A stretch of DNA of 64,000 bases, taken from Treponemataceae bacterium (GTDB taxonomy: Bacteria > Spirochaetota > Spirochaetia > Treponematales > Rectinemataceae). Positions 38,786 through 48,627 of this stretch are shown one piece after another. Made by a program: the position numbers and the translations under genes. The stretch is taken from the NCBI GenBank assembly GCA_963678065.2, contig CAXXVZ010000004.1, forward strand, positions 288,001 to 352,000, read 5' to 3'. Each line of letters starts with the position of its first letter. The stretch's first letter is position 1. Below the pieces are notes generated by a model. The model saw nothing but the letters and a program-made list of their open reading frames with translations. It searched no databases and was not told the DNA's origin.

Positions 38786-39799
38786 TTACTTGAGCAACTC
38801 GGGCTTGTACTGCCCGGATTTCACGAATTCGTAGACGAGGGGAAGCCAGCTCTCGTCGACTTTCCAGGTGATGTACTTCTGCTTCCAGTCATTCTTGTTC
38901 ACCCAGACGACCGGCGAGTAGGTCTTCTTCTGGTAAGGCTGCTTGTTGAGGTAGGCGAGCAGGTTGGCGGAGCAGATCATGCCGTGCAGTCCGGGGGACT
39001 GGCTCAGGGCGAAGTCGAGGTTGCCCTTGAGGAAGTTGTTGATGTCCATGGGTCCGCCGTTGACCGTGGCCACGGTCACCGCGCTCCGCGGGATATTCTC
39101 TTCCTTCAGCGCCTGGATGATACCCTCGGTGATTTCCTGGCAGCCGCCGATGGCGACGTTGAACTTGAGCCCGGACTGGATGAGGGTCTTCATTATATTG
39201 AGGGAGGGAGCCGTCGCGTACTGCCCGTCCTGGGGCGCGGTCGCGAGTTTGATGCCCTGAAGTTTGGCGATCTCGTCCTTGAAGCCTTTGTCGCCCTGCA
39301 TGATGGGGGGAGTGCCCGCGAAGCCCTGGATCCAGACTACCGACAGGTCGCCCTTGAGATCCTTGCGCAGGCCATCGGCGACGGTCTTGTACACATCGGC
39401 CCAGTTGAAGTCGATGTCCGCGAAGGGCTTGCCCTTGCCATCGGCGAGGCCCGATTCGGTGATCTGGATGGGGATCTTGGCCTCGTTCGCGAGGCGGCAC
39501 GAATACTCGGCGCTCTGGGGGGTGACGGCCGTGACGTTGATGGCGTCGACACCCTGCGCGATGAGGTTCTGGACCGCCTCGGTCTCCTTGTCGGCCTGGT
39601 AGTTGTGATAGGCGAACACCAGTTTGGCGCCCTGCGCATCGGCCACGGTCTGGAAGCCCGCGTGGAATGAGGCGAACCAGCCGATTTCATATGGAATGAC
39701 GACGCCAATTGTCTTCTGCTTTCCCTGCGCGAAGGCGGCGGGTGCGAGTGCGGCGAACACCGCGACGAGAATCATGAGAACGAAAATCCTGCGTTTCAT
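38786..39799 (-). CDS. Sugar ABC transporter substrate-binding protein
   Basis: Signal peptide ending AAFAQG; AVQNLIAQGVDAI; Peripla_BP_4-like. Confidence 0.88.
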   Translation of the reverse strand: MKRRIFVLMILVAVFAALAPAAFAQGKQKTIGVVIPYEIGWFASFHAGFQTVADAQGAKLVFAYHNYQADKETEAVQNLIAQGVDAINVTAVTPQSAEYSCRLANEAKIPIQITESGLADGKGKPFADIDFNWADVYKTVADGLRKDLKGDLSVVWIQGFAGTPPIMQGDKGFKDEIAKLQGIKLATAPQDGQYATAPSLNIMKTLIQSGLKFNVAIGGCQEITEGIIQALKEENIPRSAVTVATVNGGPMDINNFLKGNLDFALSQSPGLHGMICSANLLAYLNKQPYQKKTYSPVVWVNKNDWKQKYITWKVDESWLPLVYEFVKSGQYKPELLK

Positions 39800-39852
39800 G
39801 CGATCCTCCTTGGCTTTCTTGAGAACCCGGACGGGTTCCTGTTTGAGACAGT

Positions 39853-39970
39853 ATTCTACGAGCACTTTGTGATTGTTGTCAAATTCATTCTTGTTTGATT
39901 TCATATTATGCGTAATATTTAGCGTTAATGATCGTTTTTTTGTCGATTTATCGCGAAGTGATGATATAAT
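39853..39970. promoter_or_regulatory. AT-rich divergent promoter region with a central palindrome
   Basis: Minus strand: TTGACA (39877-39882)-18-TAGAAT. Plus strand: extended -10 TGaTATAAT (39962-39970). atattatgcgtaatat (39903-39918) is 14/16 palindromic. Confidence 0.6.
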
Positions 39971-40005
39971 CGGAAAACTCTTGCAGGATGGAGGATATTT
40001 CAGCC

Positions 40006-42123
40006 ATGAACAGCTTCCCGCACTTGTTCGAACCAATCACGATCGGCTCGATGAAAGTCCCCAACAGAATATGCCACGTCCCCACCGATGTGAGTTCCTC
40101 GCACAGAGATGGGTCGGTGAGCGAACGCGACATCGCGCACCACGCGGCCATCGCCCGGGGAGGCACCGGCCTGGTCATCGTCGGGGCCACCTCCCCGAAC
40201 GGATCGACCAACCGGTCGACCGTCACCAACCTCGTGGCCGACGAAGACACCTACATTCCCGGCCTCGCGAGGCTCGCCGAGGGGATGCACCGCTACGGGG
40301 CCAAGTGCGCGATCCAACTCCAGCACGCCGGACGCCAGGCCTCCCTGCCCCGCGACGGGAAGCTGGCCTCCAACGACCAAGCCATCAACTTCGCCTGGTC
40401 CCAGAGCCACGCGATCGTCTACGCCAACGCCGACGAAAAAAAGAAGACCGTCCACGTGCTCAGCACCGACGAAGTGATCGGCATAGTCGAAGAGTTCTCC
40501 GAAGCCGCCTGGCGCGTGATGCAGGCGGGCTTCGACGCCGTCGAGCTCCACGCCGCGCACGGCTACCTTCTTTCGCAGTTCATGAGCCCTCTCCTTAACC
40601 GGAGAAACGACCGCTTCGGCGGCAGCTTCGAGAACAGGATGCGCTTCCCCCTCGCCATCGTCGGAGCCATCCGGCAGAAATGCGGCGCGGGCTTCCCCAT
40701 CCTCGTCCGCTTCTCCGCCGACGAGTGGGTTCCCGGCGGACGCGAATTGCCCGAGTCGCTCGAAGTCGCCAAGAGCTTCGAGCGGGCGGGCGTGGACGCC
40801 CTCGATATCAGCCAGTGCGTCCAGGAGAGCCCGGGCGCCGGATTCGACCCGATGCAGTACCCCGAAGGCTGGTCGACATTCACCGCGGAGAGCATAAAGA
40901 AGGTTGTCGGCATCCCCGTGATCACGAGCCACTCCCTTCGCAATCCCGAGTACTGCGAAGCTATCCTGGCCGAAGGCAAGACCGACATGGTAGGTCTCTC
41001 CCGCCAGTTCCTCGCCGACCCCTACTGGCCGGTAAAGGCGCAGATGGGAAAGGTGAAGGCCATCCGGCGATGCATCTCCTGCCTCACCGGCTGCTGGCAG
41101 GAATCCATGATGGCGAAGAAGGAAATATCCTGCGCCATCAACCCCGCCTGCGGAAACCGCGACTTCGAGACGATGCGCCCCGTAAAGAAAGCGCTGAAGG
41201 TGGCTGTCGTGGGCGGCGGCCCCGCGGGCATGGAGGCCGCCCGCGTCGCGACCGAGCGCGGCCACACGGTCACGATTTACGAAAAGACCGGCGAACTCGG
41301 CGGCGCCATCCTCGGCTGCTGCATGGCCAGGGGAAAAGAGAAGATGAAATGGTACGCCGACTGGATACGGGGCCAGATCGCCGATCTTTCGATCGACGTG
41401 CGCCTGCACACTGCCCCCTCGGTGGAGGAGCTGCGCGCCTACGACGTTGTGGTGAACGCGACGGGAGCCCGATCCTACGTCCCCTCCTGTCACGGCGCCG
41501 CCGACCGGGTCATCCCCTTCGAGGAAGTCATCGCCTGCCCGAAAGTGAGCTGCGAGTACCACCCGGGAGGCCGGCGTCCCCGGAAACTCGAGGGCGAGCG
41601 CGTCGTCGTCTGGGGCGACCACTACGCGGCGGTCGATACCGTCACCTATCTCGCCGCCATCGGCAAGGATGTCACCGTCATCACTGACCGGAAAGAATTC
41701 GCGGCCGCCGTCGAAGTCATCCATATGTATGTCACGCGCAAGCGCTTCCGGCTGGAAGAGGCCGAGGGCCTTAGCCCGCAGCCCTACAAGCACGCCGTCA
41801 AAGTGCTCGAGAGCTGCACCATCGACGAGATCCGCGAGGGCGAGATCGTCATCGTGGACAAGAACTTCAAAAAGACCGTCCTCGCATGCGACCATGTTGT
41901 CAGCTGCTGGACGGCGCCGGACACACGCACCCTCGAGCTGCTGCGCGCCGCGGGCCTGCCTGTGGTGAACGCGGGCGACTCGGTGGCGCCGCGCAATCTG
42001 CACGCGGCCGTCAGGGAAGGCGCGGCGGCGGGCCTCGCGCTCGACGGAAACCGGCTGTTCAATCCGAACGCCGCCCCGATGGACCGCGTACCCATCGACG
42101 TGCTGGGTCAGCTGACCCGCTGA
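40006..42123 (+). CDS. OYE-family FMN/4Fe-4S/FAD flavoprotein oxidoreductase
   Basis: LFEPITIG, QLQHAGR, ELHAAHGYL, N.RND.FGGSFENR.RF, CISCLTGC...CAINP, VVGGGPAGMEAA. Confidence 0.9.
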   Translation: MNSFPHLFEPITIGSMKVPNRICHVPTDVSSSHRDGSVSERDIAHHAAIARGGTGLVIVGATSPNGSTNRSTVTNLVADEDTYIPGLARLAEGMHRYGAKCAIQLQHAGRQASLPRDGKLASNDQAINFAWSQSHAIVYANADEKKKTVHVLSTDEVIGIVEEFSEAAWRVMQAGFDAVELHAAHGYLLSQFMSPLLNRRNDRFGGSFENRMRFPLAIVGAIRQKCGAGFPILVRFSADEWVPGGRELPESLEVAKSFERAGVDALDISQCVQESPGAGFDPMQYPEGWSTFTAESIKKVVGIPVITSHSLRNPEYCEAILAEGKTDMVGLSRQFLADPYWPVKAQMGKVKAIRRCISCLTGCWQESMMAKKEISCAINPACGNRDFETMRPVKKALKVAVVGGGPAGMEAARVATERGHTVTIYEKTGELGGAILGCCMARGKEKMKWYADWIRGQIADLSIDVRLHTAPSVEELRAYDVVVNATGARSYVPSCHGAADRVIPFEEVIACPKVSCEYHPGGRRPRKLEGERVVVWGDHYAAVDTVTYLAAIGKDVTVITDRKEFAAAVEVIHMYVTRKRFRLEEAEGLSPQPYKHAVKVLESCTIDEIREGEIVIVDKNFKKTVLACDHVVSCWTAPDTRTLELLRAAGLPVVNAGDSVAPRNLHAAVREGAAAGLALDGNRLFNPNAAPMDRVPIDVLGQLTR

Positions 42124-42148
42124 GCTCCGGGTCCCGAGAGGAGGAGAA

Positions 42149-43228
42149 ATGAAATCACCGGTATTGAGGACACTCGTGGTGGGCATCGGCGACATGGGCG
42201 GAGCCCACGCGCGCGGCTACGCGGCCCTTCCCGGATTCGAGATCGTCGGCTTCGTCGTCGCAAAAAACCTCACACGGGCGGAAAAGCTCGCCGCGGAACT
42301 GGGGATATCGGCCCCCGTCTACACCGACTTCTACGCGGCCATGCGCGAAACCAGGCCCGAGGTCGTATCGATCAACACCTACACCGACAGCCACGCCGAG
42401 TACTCCATCTTCGCGATGCGCCAGGGCTGCCACGTCTTCATGGAAAAACCGATAGCCCGCACCGTGGCCGAGGCGGAAGCTGTCGCGGCCACGGCGGCCG
42501 AGACGGGACGCAAGCTCGTCATCGGCTACATCCTGCGGCAGCATCCGGCCTGGATAAAATTCATCGAGCTGGCGCGCACGCTGGGCAAACCCCTCGTGAT
42601 GCGCATGAATCTCAACCAGCAGAGCTGGGGCCGGGAGTGGGCGCTCCACAAAACCTTCATTTCCAACATGCCGCCTTTGGTGGACTGCGGCGTCCACTAT
42701 GTGGATGTCATGTGCCAGATGACGAGGTCGAAACCGCGCATCGTCCAGGGCATGGCCGCGCGGGTATCGGAGGAGATCGCCCCGGACAAGCACAACTACG
42801 GGCATCTCCAGGTCGTCTTCGAGGACGGCTCGGTCGGCTGGTACGAAGTGGGTTGGGGTCCGATGATGTCCCGCACGGCCTATTTCGTGAAGGACGTCGT
42901 GGGGCCCCGTGGCTGTGTCAGCATCGACAAGGACACGGCCCACACAAATCCCTCCGACGTGTCGAAACACACGGCGGTGGACTCCATAATCCTCCACTCG
43001 AGCGAGGCCGACGCCGCGGGCCTGCAGGCCCTCCCCGATCAGGTCATCAAGGTCGAGGACGAGCCGGACCACAACGAGCTGTGCAAGCGCGAGCAGGCCT
43101 ACCTCTACAAGGCCATCACCGAGGACATCGACCTCACCGATCATGTGGCCGACGCGGTCAACAGTCTCAAGATCTGCTTCGCGGCCGTCGAGTCCTACTC
43201 GACCGGCCGGGCGATCCATCTGGACTGA
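42149..43228 (+). CDS. Gfo/Idh/MocA-family oxidoreductase
   Basis: VVGIGDMG, HVFMEKPIA, DCGVHYVD. Confidence 0.9.
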   Translation: MKSPVLRTLVVGIGDMGGAHARGYAALPGFEIVGFVVAKNLTRAEKLAAELGISAPVYTDFYAAMRETRPEVVSINTYTDSHAEYSIFAMRQGCHVFMEKPIARTVAEAEAVAATAAETGRKLVIGYILRQHPAWIKFIELARTLGKPLVMRMNLNQQSWGREWALHKTFISNMPPLVDCGVHYVDVMCQMTRSKPRIVQGMAARVSEEIAPDKHNYGHLQVVFEDGSVGWYEVGWGPMMSRTAYFVKDVVGPRGCVSIDKDTAHTNPSDVSKHTAVDSIILHSSEADAAGLQALPDQVIKVEDEPDHNELCKREQAYLYKAITEDIDLTDHVADAVNSLKICFAAVESYSTGRAIHLD

Positions 43229-43257
43229 CCGGAACACAGCGACGACGAGGGAACGGA

Positions 43258-44418
43258 ATGAACCAGGTCCAGCGTTTTTTCGCGGTGATGCGTGGGGAAC
43301 AGCCTGCCCAGACTCCATTTTTCCCTGACCTGAGCACCTGGTATCAGGCCGCACGGCTCGGTCTGGGCGCGGAACAACCCTACTTCCCCGGACAGTTCAT
43401 CCCGGACGGATCCCCGATCCACGCGGGGCCGGGGCGGCTTCCCGGCCGCCTCGACTCGCTCGGTTACGCGGGCCTCTACCGCGAGTTCGGCTGGGGACTG
43501 CCCGCCCACATCTACGACTGGTTCGACGAAAGGCTTGGGGGAGGCATCGAGAAGACGGTCAGCACAGAAGGGCGTCACCGGACAGTCGTCTGGAAGACTC
43601 GGCGCGGCGAGCTGCGCCGAACCTACAAGCTCGACGCCGAGGGGACCTGGAGCGAGTACGGCCACATGGCGACGAGGCCCGAAGATCTGGATATCCTCAG
43701 GCTTCTCGTGGAGCACACGCAGTTCGTACCGCGCCCCGAACGCGTCGAGCGCTTCCTCTCCGAGACGGAGGGCTTCGGAATCTGCGATCTCGTCGTCTTC
43801 CGCTCGCCCTTCGGCAAACTCGTCCACGAGTACATGGGCTTCGAGAACGTGGTGTACGCGCTCGCGGACGGCGACAAGTCGATAATGGATTTCATGGAAT
43901 TCCAGGAATACTACGATCTCCGGTTCATCGAGTTGGCCGCCTCGATGCCGGGACAGGTCGTCATCATCTCGGACCACGCCGACGAAAATCTCATTTCGCC
44001 TCCCTGGTATCAGAGCTACTGCATGCCGTTCTACCGAAAAGCCTGCGACATCCTCCACCGGGCGGGCAAGCTCGTCTCCACCCACCTCGACGGCAATATC
44101 AAAGGCTACCTCGGTTTTATCGCCGGGACCGGCTTCGACATCCTGGACGGCTGCACGCCTGCTCCCATGTTCAACTACGAAGTCGAGGAGCTCGCGGCCG
44201 CGGCGTCGGACGCGCTGCGCTGCTGGTGCGGCGTGCCTGCGGGCCTCTTCACGATCGGCCACCCGCACGAGGCCATCGCCGACTTCGGCGAGCGGATAGC
44301 GCGGGCCTTCGGGGGCAGGGTGATCGTCAACGTGGGCGACATTCTGCCGCCTCTGGGAGATTTCGGGGCTGTAGTCGCTCTCGGCGAACGGATCGCGTCT
44401 CTCCACGTGCCGTCTTGA
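43258..44418 (+). CDS. URO-D/MtaA-like fold protein
   Basis: MGFENVVYALAD, DHADENLISP, STHLDGN, LDGCTPAP, VNVGD. Confidence 0.75.
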   Translation: MNQVQRFFAVMRGEQPAQTPFFPDLSTWYQAARLGLGAEQPYFPGQFIPDGSPIHAGPGRLPGRLDSLGYAGLYREFGWGLPAHIYDWFDERLGGGIEKTVSTEGRHRTVVWKTRRGELRRTYKLDAEGTWSEYGHMATRPEDLDILRLLVEHTQFVPRPERVERFLSETEGFGICDLVVFRSPFGKLVHEYMGFENVVYALADGDKSIMDFMEFQEYYDLRFIELAASMPGQVVIISDHADENLISPPWYQSYCMPFYRKACDILHRAGKLVSTHLDGNIKGYLGFIAGTGFDILDGCTPAPMFNYEVEELAAAASDALRCWCGVPAGLFTIGHPHEAIADFGERIARAFGGRVIVNVGDILPPLGDFGAVVALGERIASLHVPS

Positions 44419-44469
44419 GTCCACCCATCCGGGTTCATGTCCGGCTCCCCCGGAAGGAGGCCGGAGGGT

Positions 44470-45918
44470 TCAGCGGCGGCGGGGCCTCGGTTCCTGCAGG
44501 TAGGGTCTGTACGGCACCCGGTCGATCACGCTCGCGCCGGTCCAGGCGGCGAATTCGTTGAGTTCGTCCGTGAGGTCGCCGAATGCCCCTGAGTAGTGGT
44601 GGTTGACTCTTCCGACGATGAGGGTGTTCATGAGCTCGTCGATGCCGACAGCCTCTCCGTTGAGCTTCAGCCCGTTCACCCATCCGCCCGATCCCGAATA
44701 ACCCTTCTTGTCGGCCATGACAGCGCCGGTCAGGACGAGGAGTCCGTCGAAGTCGTTGTCGATCGATGCGATGGTGACGGGGCCTGACCTGAACCTGATG
44801 TCGGCGACGAGTCCGTCCCCGCACCATGTGCAGCCCTCGTGGTGGCCGATATTGAAGTGATTGTCCCACTCAAGGCCGCGCGGGTCCGCCCAGGAGGCCG
44901 GCGCGACGCCGCAGTGCCAGAGGCAGAGCGACTGGTCTTTTTCGTCAAAAGCCACGAGGTCGTTGAGCGATGCCTTTCCGCGGCCCAGCGCGTTGAGGAC
45001 GAGCATCATGACGGCGCTCGTGACATCGGCCTCGCAGGGGACGACGAGGCCGCCATTGTTGAGCCGGCTCATCGCGCCGCAGACCGCGACGCCGTAGACT
45101 TCCTGGAAACGCGACCAGCAGGAGAGAGCGAGGGCGTCGTAGTCGTTCTCGCGCGCGAAATTCCGTAAGGCACAGTAAATCCTGGCCGATTTTTCGATGT
45201 GCGGCTGCGAAAGGCGGCCGGGGACGAAGGTCCCTTCCGAAGCCATCAGGTCTATCTCGGTTTTGACCTCGGCGATGGGCAGTGCCTCGGCGCGGGCGAC
45301 GATCTCTTCCACGCTGTGGCGGGTCTGCAGCCGCGTTCCGAATTTACGCTCGAGGACGCGCTCGTCGATGTAGAGATTTTCGAAACCGTTCGCGAGGCCG
45401 CCGATCTGGCCGATCCGCGCGGTCCTGAGGGTTTTTACAGCGCGGAGAGCCGCGATCGTGACCGCGAATCGTTCCAGAAAGCGGGGATCGCCGGGCATGC
45501 CGTAGAACCATTTGAAACGAATGTCGTACTCGCGAAGATAGTTCGAAATGATCGACCCGAGCATGTTCGTGCCGCAGAACGAGTTCAGCTGAAGGACGCC
45601 TTCGGTCGCCGGCTCGGGAACGGACCAGAGTCCGATGGCTCCCTTTACCCTCGCCAGCGGCAGGATGATGCGGCCGAAAGGCAGACTCGCGTTGAACAGG
45701 AGGACGAAATCGGCGCCCTGGCCGTCCATGAAGGCCCGCGCCCGCTCCCCGTCGGCCTCGCTCCGGACCGGCTCGACGAATACCGAGAGATCGAAATCCA
45801 TTTCGACAGAGAGACGCCCGATCTCGCCGGCGATCCGCGCATAGAGGCCCACATCGTCGCCCGGCATGTTGGGATGGACGGCTCCGGCCAGTCCTACGCG
45901 AATGCGGTCGTTTTTCAT
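44470..45918 (-). CDS. L-fucose/L-arabinose isomerase-family protein
   Basis: LNSFCG, ALSCW, VPCEAD, LWHCG, NHH motifs. Confidence 0.8.
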   Translation of the reverse strand: MKNDRIRVGLAGAVHPNMPGDDVGLYARIAGEIGRLSVEMDFDLSVFVEPVRSEADGERARAFMDGQGADFVLLFNASLPFGRIILPLARVKGAIGLWSVPEPATEGVLQLNSFCGTNMLGSIISNYLREYDIRFKWFYGMPGDPRFLERFAVTIAALRAVKTLRTARIGQIGGLANGFENLYIDERVLERKFGTRLQTRHSVEEIVARAEALPIAEVKTEIDLMASEGTFVPGRLSQPHIEKSARIYCALRNFARENDYDALALSCWSRFQEVYGVAVCGAMSRLNNGGLVVPCEADVTSAVMMLVLNALGRGKASLNDLVAFDEKDQSLCLWHCGVAPASWADPRGLEWDNHFNIGHHEGCTWCGDGLVADIRFRSGPVTIASIDNDFDGLLVLTGAVMADKKGYSGSGGWVNGLKLNGEAVGIDELMNTLIVGRVNHHYSGAFGDLTDELNEFAAWTGASVIDRVPYRPYLQEPRPRRR

Positions 45919-45998
45919 CCTGTTCTCCTGCACAATCAATCTTGTGTCGAAACGGTCGTTCTACGCTTTTTCTTCAAAACCTTGTCAAAAATAACGTG

Positions 45999-47519
45999 TC
46001 AAACCTGGCGCCCCATTCTCGGGAAAAGCGGTTCGAGGGCGCGGTAGCAGTCGTCGAAGAGGACCTTCGCCCTCCGGTATTCCGGAAACAGCGCGGGGTC
46101 GGGAGAACATCGCTCGGTGATGGCGATGAATTTTTCCGCCGCGGAGAAATCGGGAAAAAGTCCGCAGCCTACGCCCGCGATGAGGGCGGCACCCATGCTC
46201 GTCGCTTCCTCCAGATAATTCGGCCGCAAGATTTCAGCCTCGTAGATATCGGCCATTATTTTCCGCCACACGGCGCCTTTCGCTCCTCCGCCGATCACCG
46301 TGATGGCGGGGATTTCCACGCGGGAGCGGAATATGTCGAGGATTACGGAGAGGTTCATCGTGATGCCTTCCATGACGGCCCGCAGGAGGTCGTCCCGGCT
46401 GTGTCCGAGCGTGAGGCCGAGGAAGGCTCCTTTCGCGGCGGGATTCCAGCGCGGCGTCCTCTCGCCGAGGAGGTAGGGCAGGAAAATGAGACCGTTGGCT
46501 CCGGGCGGCGAGCGCAGTATCTGCGCGTTCATCAGTTCGTACGCGTCGAGGCCGAGTTCTGCGGCTGCGGCCTTCTCGAGACCGCAGAGGGTGTTCCGCG
46601 TCCAGGCGTAGGAGGCTCCGGCAGTCTGCATGCTGCCGCAGGGGTGATAGGTCCCGGGAACGGCGTGTGCCCAGACGAAGGTCCGCATGCCCTCGTCGAA
46701 GATAGGTTCGAGGGAAGTCGTCGCGATCCAGGACGAGGAGCCGAGGTAGTTGTAGGTGACGCCGGGCTTCACCGAGCCGACGCCGACGCCTGCGCAGACC
46801 CCGTCTCCGCCTCCCGCCACGACGGGGATGCCGGGGGCGAGGCCGAGTTCCCGGGCCGCGGCCTGAGTGAGTTCGCCCACGACAGCGGTGGAAGCGACGA
46901 GTTCGGGGAGTTTGTCGCCGTCGAGCCCCGTTATCGCGATGAGGCGCTCCGACCAGGCGAGTTTTTTCAGGTCGAGGAGATTGGTGCCCGAGGCGTCCGA
47001 GTATTCGGATCTCATGACGCCCGTAAGCCTGAAGTTGATGAAATCCTTGGCGTGGAGCATCTTCGCCGTTTTCGCGTAATTCTCGGGTTCGTGTTTTTTC
47101 ACCCACATCAGCTTGGCCGCGGAGTAGGAAGCGGATGCGCGGTGACCGGTTATGCGATAGAACTCGAGCGCGTCGATCTTTCCGAGGATCTCGGCCTCCT
47201 CGGCCGTCCCGCGCTGATCGCAGTACAGGAGGGCGGGACGAAGAGGTCTCCCGCTTGCGTCGACGCAGACGCAGCCCATCATCTGGCCAGAAAAACCTAT
47301 GGCCGCTATCTCGGCGGGATCGATTCCGGCGACTATCCGGCACGAGGATTCCTTTACGGCCTTCCACCAGTCCTCGGGGTCCTGCTCGGCCCAGTTGTTG
47401 TTGAAATAGTTGGTCGCGTACGATGTGGTGACACTTTTGACGAGCGTTCCCTCGGCGGTGAAGAGGGTCGCCTTGTCCCCCGATGTGCCGAGGTCGTGGG
47501 CCAGTATGTAGCGTTTCAT
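45999..47519 (-). CDS. FGGY carbohydrate kinase (xylulokinase-like)
   Basis: HDLGTSGDK, FSGQMMG, SDASGT, GGGDG, LPYLLGERTP, IGGGAK. Confidence 0.9.
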   Translation of the reverse strand: MKRYILAHDLGTSGDKATLFTAEGTLVKSVTTSYATNYFNNNWAEQDPEDWWKAVKESSCRIVAGIDPAEIAAIGFSGQMMGCVCVDASGRPLRPALLYCDQRGTAEEAEILGKIDALEFYRITGHRASASYSAAKLMWVKKHEPENYAKTAKMLHAKDFINFRLTGVMRSEYSDASGTNLLDLKKLAWSERLIAITGLDGDKLPELVASTAVVGELTQAAARELGLAPGIPVVAGGGDGVCAGVGVGSVKPGVTYNYLGSSSWIATTSLEPIFDEGMRTFVWAHAVPGTYHPCGSMQTAGASYAWTRNTLCGLEKAAAAELGLDAYELMNAQILRSPPGANGLIFLPYLLGERTPRWNPAAKGAFLGLTLGHSRDDLLRAVMEGITMNLSVILDIFRSRVEIPAITVIGGGAKGAVWRKIMADIYEAEILRPNYLEEATSMGAALIAGVGCGLFPDFSAAEKFIAITERCSPDPALFPEYRRAKVLFDDCYRALEPLFPRMGRQV

Positions 47520-47549
47520 GCACCCTCCTTCATTTCACAAACTCGCGCT

Positions 47550-48602
47550 TCAGAATCGCAGCATGGTCTTGATCGAAGTCGGCAACTCGGTCGCGGCGAG
47601 CGCCGAATTGATGTCGCTCAACGCGTACTCGCCCGTGAGGAAATCCTCATGGCTCAGCTTGCCAGCTTTTATCCACTCGACGAGGGGCTCCTGAGCGGCT
47701 GCCTCCGCGTCGCGCGTGGGCCACTGGTGCATGTAGAGATTGAAGTTGTAGGGTGCGGTGCCCTTCCCGAGCGTGAGACTGTCGCCTGCGAGAACGCCGT
47801 AGACGCAGATCGAACCTGCGAGCCGTATGAGGGGAAGGCCTGAATTTATTATGCGCTCCGAGCCCACGGCATCGATGACTGCGTCGAGCGCTTTGCCCCT
47901 CGTCGCAGCGAGCTCGCCGATCTCGGGATCGCCCGGCGCGAAAACGGCGTCGGCCCCGAGTTTCAGGGCTTTTTCGCGCTTGAACGCGAGGGTGTCGACG
48001 ACGCCGACCCAGCCCAACCCGAGCAACTTCGCGAAGCGGCAGAACGAGAGTCCGACAGGCCCCGCGCCGAATATGAGGATGTCGTCGCCCGGCTTCAGGT
48101 GGAAGTCGGCGAAGCCGGCGTAGACTTCCCTCCAGGTGGCGAGAAGCCCCGCCGCCTCGACGGATATATTCTTCGGAACTTTTTTCATGATCTTGAAGAC
48201 TTCGGCCCAGCCATGCGCCTCGTCCGCGACTCCATCGGCCACCATGGCCTCGTGGTCGCAGGCGAGCACATACTCCGCATCGCCGCCCCAGCCTGATTTG
48301 TAGCCCTCCGGCGAGAGGTTGAGGCCGCCGAGCACGCGGTCGCCCAACCTGAAGCCGCGCACCTTCGATCCCGCCGCGACGACGATCCCCACCGTCTCAT
48401 GGCCGAGAATGAGGGGATAGGCATCGGCGCCCATTCCGGGGAAATGGCCCTGCACCACCTTGCGGTCCGTGGCGTTGCAGATGAAGGCTATTTCACTTCT
48501 GACGAGGACCTCGTAGGGTCTTGGCACGGGTCTGGCGATTTCGACGATGCCGACTTTGCCGGGCTCATGGACTGCGACCGCTTTCATTTTCACACTCTCC
48601 AT
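47550..48602 (-). CDS. Zinc-binding (MDR) dehydrogenase
   Basis: ICNATD, LGHE, FGAGPVG; no structural-Zn Cys cluster. Confidence 0.85.
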   Translation of the reverse strand: MESVKMKAVAVHEPGKVGIVEIARPVPRPYEVLVRSEIAFICNATDRKVVQGHFPGMGADAYPLILGHETVGIVVAAGSKVRGFRLGDRVLGGLNLSPEGYKSGWGGDAEYVLACDHEAMVADGVADEAHGWAEVFKIMKKVPKNISVEAAGLLATWREVYAGFADFHLKPGDDILIFGAGPVGLSFCRFAKLLGLGWVGVVDTLAFKREKALKLGADAVFAPGDPEIGELAATRGKALDAVIDAVGSERIINSGLPLIRLAGSICVYGVLAGDSLTLGKGTAPYNFNLYMHQWPTRDAEAAAQEPLVEWIKAGKLSHEDFLTGEYALSDINSALAATELPTSIKTMLRF

Positions 48603-48627
48603 TTCACACCCTCTGTGGCCTTAGTCA

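Noticed and set aside
40000..42195. 731-aa antisense ORF, and similar long ones such as 45942-47843 +, 25469-27259 + and 23940-25883 -
   Set aside because: Shadow frames of well-supported high-GC genes, with no recognisable motifs or RBS
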